From an uncultured Candidatus Saccharibacteria bacterium (GTDB taxonomy: Bacteria; Patescibacteriota; Saccharimonadia; Saccharimonadales; JAGQNJ01), in NCBI GenBank assembly GCA_964493895.1, contig CAZBPY010000001.1, positions 91,233 to 155,232 on the forward strand: a stretch of DNA of 64,000 bases. Direction: 5' to 3'. Each line of letters starts with the position of its first letter. The first letter of the stretch is position 1. The notes under the pieces are model-generated. The model searched no databases, was not told the DNA's origin, and was given only the letters and a program-made list of their open reading frames with translations. This document shows positions 61,051-64,000 of this stretch, piece after piece. Made by a program: the position numbers and the translations under genes.

Positions 61051-62150
61051 TCGTCGTTTAGGGCGCGGTTAAAGACGTCTAAGGTTTGTCGAGCCATCCG
61101 TTCCCAAGAATAACTGGCAGCAACCTTGCGGCCGCGGGCGATGTGCTTTTGACGCAACTTTTCATCAGTAATCATGGTTTCAATTTGCTTGGCCATATCT
61201 TGGATGTCCAGGGGATCAAAATACAGCGGTGCATCCTGGTTGATCTCTGGCAGGCAAGTAGCGTTACTGGACACCACCGGTGCACCGTGAACCATGGCCT
61301 CCAGTGACGGCAGACCAAACCCTTCGCTTAGACTCGGGAATATATAGGCAGCCGTGTGCTCGTAAAGCCATCGCAGCTGGCCCTCTGAAACAAAGCCGGT
61401 GAATATAACATTTTTGATGCCGCGATCGGTGACAATTTTTTCTAGGGCATCATAGAGAATGTCTTTTTTGCCAACAAACACCAGATAGAGCCCGGGATGG
61501 CTTTGCCGCAAGATTTCAAAAGCATCCACCAGCCGGTTCAGATTTTTATGTGGTTGCGGCCGGCCAACATACATAATGAATTGCTTGCCTTCGATCTCCT
61601 CAACCGGTTCTGGCTTGTCAGATATTTTGTCGGCTGACTCATAGGTCACGGTTATTTTGCGCGAATTAATTCGGGCAAATTTGGCCAGATCTTCTTTGAC
61701 GAACTCACTGGGCGTTATTAATAGTTTGGATTTTCGAGCAACGCGCTTGACCACCCACCTATATACCAGTTGCTTGACCTTAAAAATGAGCCAGTTTTTA
61801 GCCGGATTACCAAACCGAACGGTGGTCAAGTCGTGAATAGTGGTAACAACTCTACTTCGGTAAAAAATCGGTTGCTGAGCTGCCGGGAAAAACACCAAAT
61901 CGGGTTTAAGTTTTTTGATTTGTTTAAGCAGGGCAGTTTGTTCGGCAAAAGTGAATTCTTTAATACTGCTGCGCTTGATGGTGAACTTTGGGGCGACACC
62001 TTCTAGAAACTCTATGCGCCGGCGTTTGGCTAGAACAGTTATTTTGTGCCCAGTACCGATTTTATGCAGGTATTCGACAAGCTTGTCAATGTAACGTCCG
62101 GTGCTGGTGCCCGACTCACGAGCATCGATTACAATGTGCTTTCGCTTCAT
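61047..62150 (-). CDS. Glycosyltransferase family 4 (group 1)
   Basis: C-terminal GT-B motif FPSLSEGFGLPSLEAMVHGAPVVSSN. Confidence 0.85.
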   Translation of the reverse strand: MKRKHIVIDARESGTSTGRYIDKLVEYLHKIGTGHKITVLAKRRRIEFLEGVAPKFTIKRSSIKEFTFAEQTALLKQIKKLKPDLVFFPAAQQPIFYRSRVVTTIHDLTTVRFGNPAKNWLIFKVKQLVYRWVVKRVARKSKLLITPSEFVKEDLAKFARINSRKITVTYESADKISDKPEPVEEIEGKQFIMYVGRPQPHKNLNRLVDAFEILRQSHPGLYLVFVGKKDILYDALEKIVTDRGIKNVIFTGFVSEGQLRWLYEHTAAYIFPSLSEGFGLPSLEAMVHGAPVVSSNATCLPEINQDAPLYFDPLDIQDMAKQIETMITDEKLRQKHIARGRKVAASYSWERMARQTLDVFNRALNDD

Positions 62151-63130
62151 TTACTTTCTCCTAATTTTGGTGGTCTTGGCGGACGGGCGTGGTACAACAG
62201 TTCATCCATTTCACTGGAGGTGACCCGGCGCAATTTCTTGCGACGATGGCGGACCACTAGCGTTTTAGGCAACAGTAAAAAGGCTGAAAATAGAGCATGA
62301 AAAAATGATCCAACCACGCCGTCACGAAAGGTGCCGACGAACATCCGCGCTAATTGAACGAATAGTAATAGTTTGTATTTCCAAAACAATTTGCCCGGCA
62401 TGTTGCGGTTGTACATCAGGATTATGTTTTTGACGCTGTGATAGCGAGCAAAGCTGCCCATTTTTGAACTGGTGGCACCGAGTTTGTGATAGGCCACTGC
62501 CTTTGGTTCATAGTAGACTTTCCAGCCATTTGATTGAGCCCGGAAGCTGATATCAGCGTCTTCAAAGTAGGCAAAAAAGTCTTCGTCAAAGAGGCCGATT
62601 TGCTTTAACATTTTTATGCGGTAGAGGCTGGCTCCGCCGGTGGCTCCAAAAATAAAGCCGGCCTTATCATATTGACCTTTGTCCAGTTCGCCGCGGCCGC
62701 GGGGGAAGGATATTCCGTAAATACTGAGCAAGTCTCCAGTGCTGTCAATATGTTTTTTGTCGCTTAGCATGAATTTTCCAGTGACGATGCCAGCCCCAGG
62801 ATATTTCTTAGCAGCGGCCAGCAAATTTTTTAACCAATCCCTATCGGCAATGGCATCATTGTTAAATAAGACTACGAACTCGCAGCCGTTTTCCACGGCT
62901 CGTTCAATGCCACGGTTAACACCGCCGGTAAAGCCAGTGTTCTCATCTAAGCGCACCAATTCTGCTTGTGGGAAGTTTTCGGCAATGTACTCGCTTGATC
63001 CGTCACTTGAGCCATTGTCGACGACGATGATTTGGGCCGGCTGGGACTGGCTTTGCAAAGATTTCAAACAAGCCCCAATAAAATCTTTGCCATTCCAATT
63101 GGGGATCACGACCGCAATATTCGTTTTCAT
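62147..63130 (-). CDS. Glycosyltransferase family 2
   Basis: VVIPNWNGKDFIGACLKSL...IIVVDNGSSDGS and the DxD-region NNDAIAD. 4-nt overlap with the downstream GT4 gene. Confidence 0.85.
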   Translation of the reverse strand: MKTNIAVVIPNWNGKDFIGACLKSLQSQSQPAQIIVVDNGSSDGSSEYIAENFPQAELVRLDENTGFTGGVNRGIERAVENGCEFVVLFNNDAIADRDWLKNLLAAAKKYPGAGIVTGKFMLSDKKHIDSTGDLLSIYGISFPRGRGELDKGQYDKAGFIFGATGGASLYRIKMLKQIGLFDEDFFAYFEDADISFRAQSNGWKVYYEPKAVAYHKLGATSSKMGSFARYHSVKNIILMYNRNMPGKLFWKYKLLLFVQLARMFVGTFRDGVVGSFFHALFSAFLLLPKTLVVRHRRKKLRRVTSSEMDELLYHARPPRPPKLGESK

Positions 63131-63171
63131 AAGGCTTACTACTATTCTATAATAGATAGACGAAATTACTC

Positions 63172-63972
63172 ATGAAACATGTATTTTCCAAACAAAACCG
63201 AGCCCTCCTCGCCGAGCTGGTGCGCACCGACTTCAAACTGCGCTACCAGGGATCGGTGCTGGGCTATGCCTGGTCACTGCTGCGGCCGCTGTTCATGTTT
63301 GTGATTCTATACATCGTGTTTACTCGGTTTATTAGGCTGGGTGATACGGTGCCTCATTATCCTATGTACCTGCTACTAGGCATTGTGCTGTGGCAATTTT
63401 TTGATGATCTTACAAACCAAAGCCTAACCTCAATTGTTTCCAGAGGTGATTTGATAGGAAAAATACGCATTCCAAGATGGATGATTGTTCTTTCGAGCAG
63501 CGTCTCAGCGGTAATCAACCTATCTCTTAACCTAGTGGTTGTTGCTGTATTTTTGTTTATAAACCAAGTTTCGTTGAGTTGGCAGGCGGTATGGCTTATA
63601 GTTGCACTGTTTGAGATTTATGTGTTCGCTGCAGGCTTGGCGTTGTTTTTAAGTGCTGCGTATGTAAAGTACCGCGACATCAGCTTTATATGGGAAGTTA
63701 TTATGCGAGCTGGTTTTTACTTGACGCCGATACTCTATCCACTTTCAATCATCACTAACATATCGTTTCAAAAAATATTATTACTAAACCCTGTAGCACA
63801 AGCCATGCAAGATGCGCGCAACGTACTAGTAACCAAAGAGACCATTACTATAGCTGAAGTATTTGGCCGAAGCAGCGCGAGACTGATCCCTATTGGCATA
63901 AGCTTGGTTGTGTTAATACTTGGGGTTCTATATTTCAAGAAAGAGTCTAAATATTTTGCGGAGAATCTGTAA
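63172..63972 (+). CDS. ABC-2 type polysaccharide/teichoic-acid exporter permease (Wzm/TagG-like)
   Basis: N-terminal LVRTDFKLRYQGSVLGYAWSLLRPLFMFVILYIVF is the ABC-2 permease signature. Six TM helices. Confidence 0.85.
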   Translation: MKHVFSKQNRALLAELVRTDFKLRYQGSVLGYAWSLLRPLFMFVILYIVFTRFIRLGDTVPHYPMYLLLGIVLWQFFDDLTNQSLTSIVSRGDLIGKIRIPRWMIVLSSSVSAVINLSLNLVVVAVFLFINQVSLSWQAVWLIVALFEIYVFAAGLALFLSAAYVKYRDISFIWEVIMRAGFYLTPILYPLSIITNISFQKILLLNPVAQAMQDARNVLVTKETITIAEVFGRSSARLIPIGISLVVLILGVLYFKKESKYFAENL

Positions 63973-64000
63973 TGGACAGATCTAATGACATAGCTATTAG
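63972..64000 (+). CDS. Start of the next gene (probably the cognate ABC ATPase); only 9 codons are visible
   Basis: TAATG stop/start overlap with the permease gene; MDRSNDIAI... The function is inferred only from the usual Wzm-Wzt/TagG-TagH order. Confidence 0.3.

Overview
This is a 64-kb chromosomal window from a small-genome, Gram-positive-type bacterium. My inference is Patescibacteria/CPR, probably Saccharibacteria-like. The evidence is a CPR-style two-helix T4SS pilin family, a CarS-like lipid gene, many short membrane-anchored hypothetical proteins, and a compact origin region. The standard genetic code applies: TGA, TAA and TAG all end well-conserved genes.

Layout:
- 1-30 kb: housekeeping genes. 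These are rpoD-dnaG, orn, msrB, mscL, argS, a phospholipid head-group operon, vapBC, pgi/pmi, a nudix gene, groES-groEL with a CIRCE operator, a Mur ligase, tsaD, valS and a HIT gene.
- 30.2-36.0 kb: a block bounded by tRNA genes (Ser-UGA and Ser-GCU on the left, Arg-GCG and Ser-CGA on the right). To the left of the tRNA-Arg 3-prime end lie four single-ORF modules. They are separated by copies of a repeat that ends in the last 7 nt of the tRNA. Two of these copies are perfect 110-bp direct repeats.
- 36.2-38.1 kb: a two-gene module directly downstream of tRNA-Ser(CGA). Its second protein looks like a polyvalent-protein ADP-ribosyltransferase domain.
- 39.5-55.0 kb: a type IV secretion-like locus made of two divergent, tightly coupled operons. 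It encodes six tandem pilin paralogs, a VirB8-like candidate, VirB6-like and PrgI/VirB3-like proteins, VirB4 in two cistrons, and three peptidoglycan-hydrolase domains. I see no coupling protein, relaxase or integrase in the window.
- 55-64 kb: the origin region (recF-dnaN-dnaA | rpmH-rnpA-yidC-jag) with DnaA-box clusters on both sides of dnaA. It is followed by glycosyltransferases and an ABC-2 exporter.

No rRNA genes, CRISPR arrays, transposases or integrases were recognised. All calls rest on reading the sequence and the translations by eye. No database search was run.
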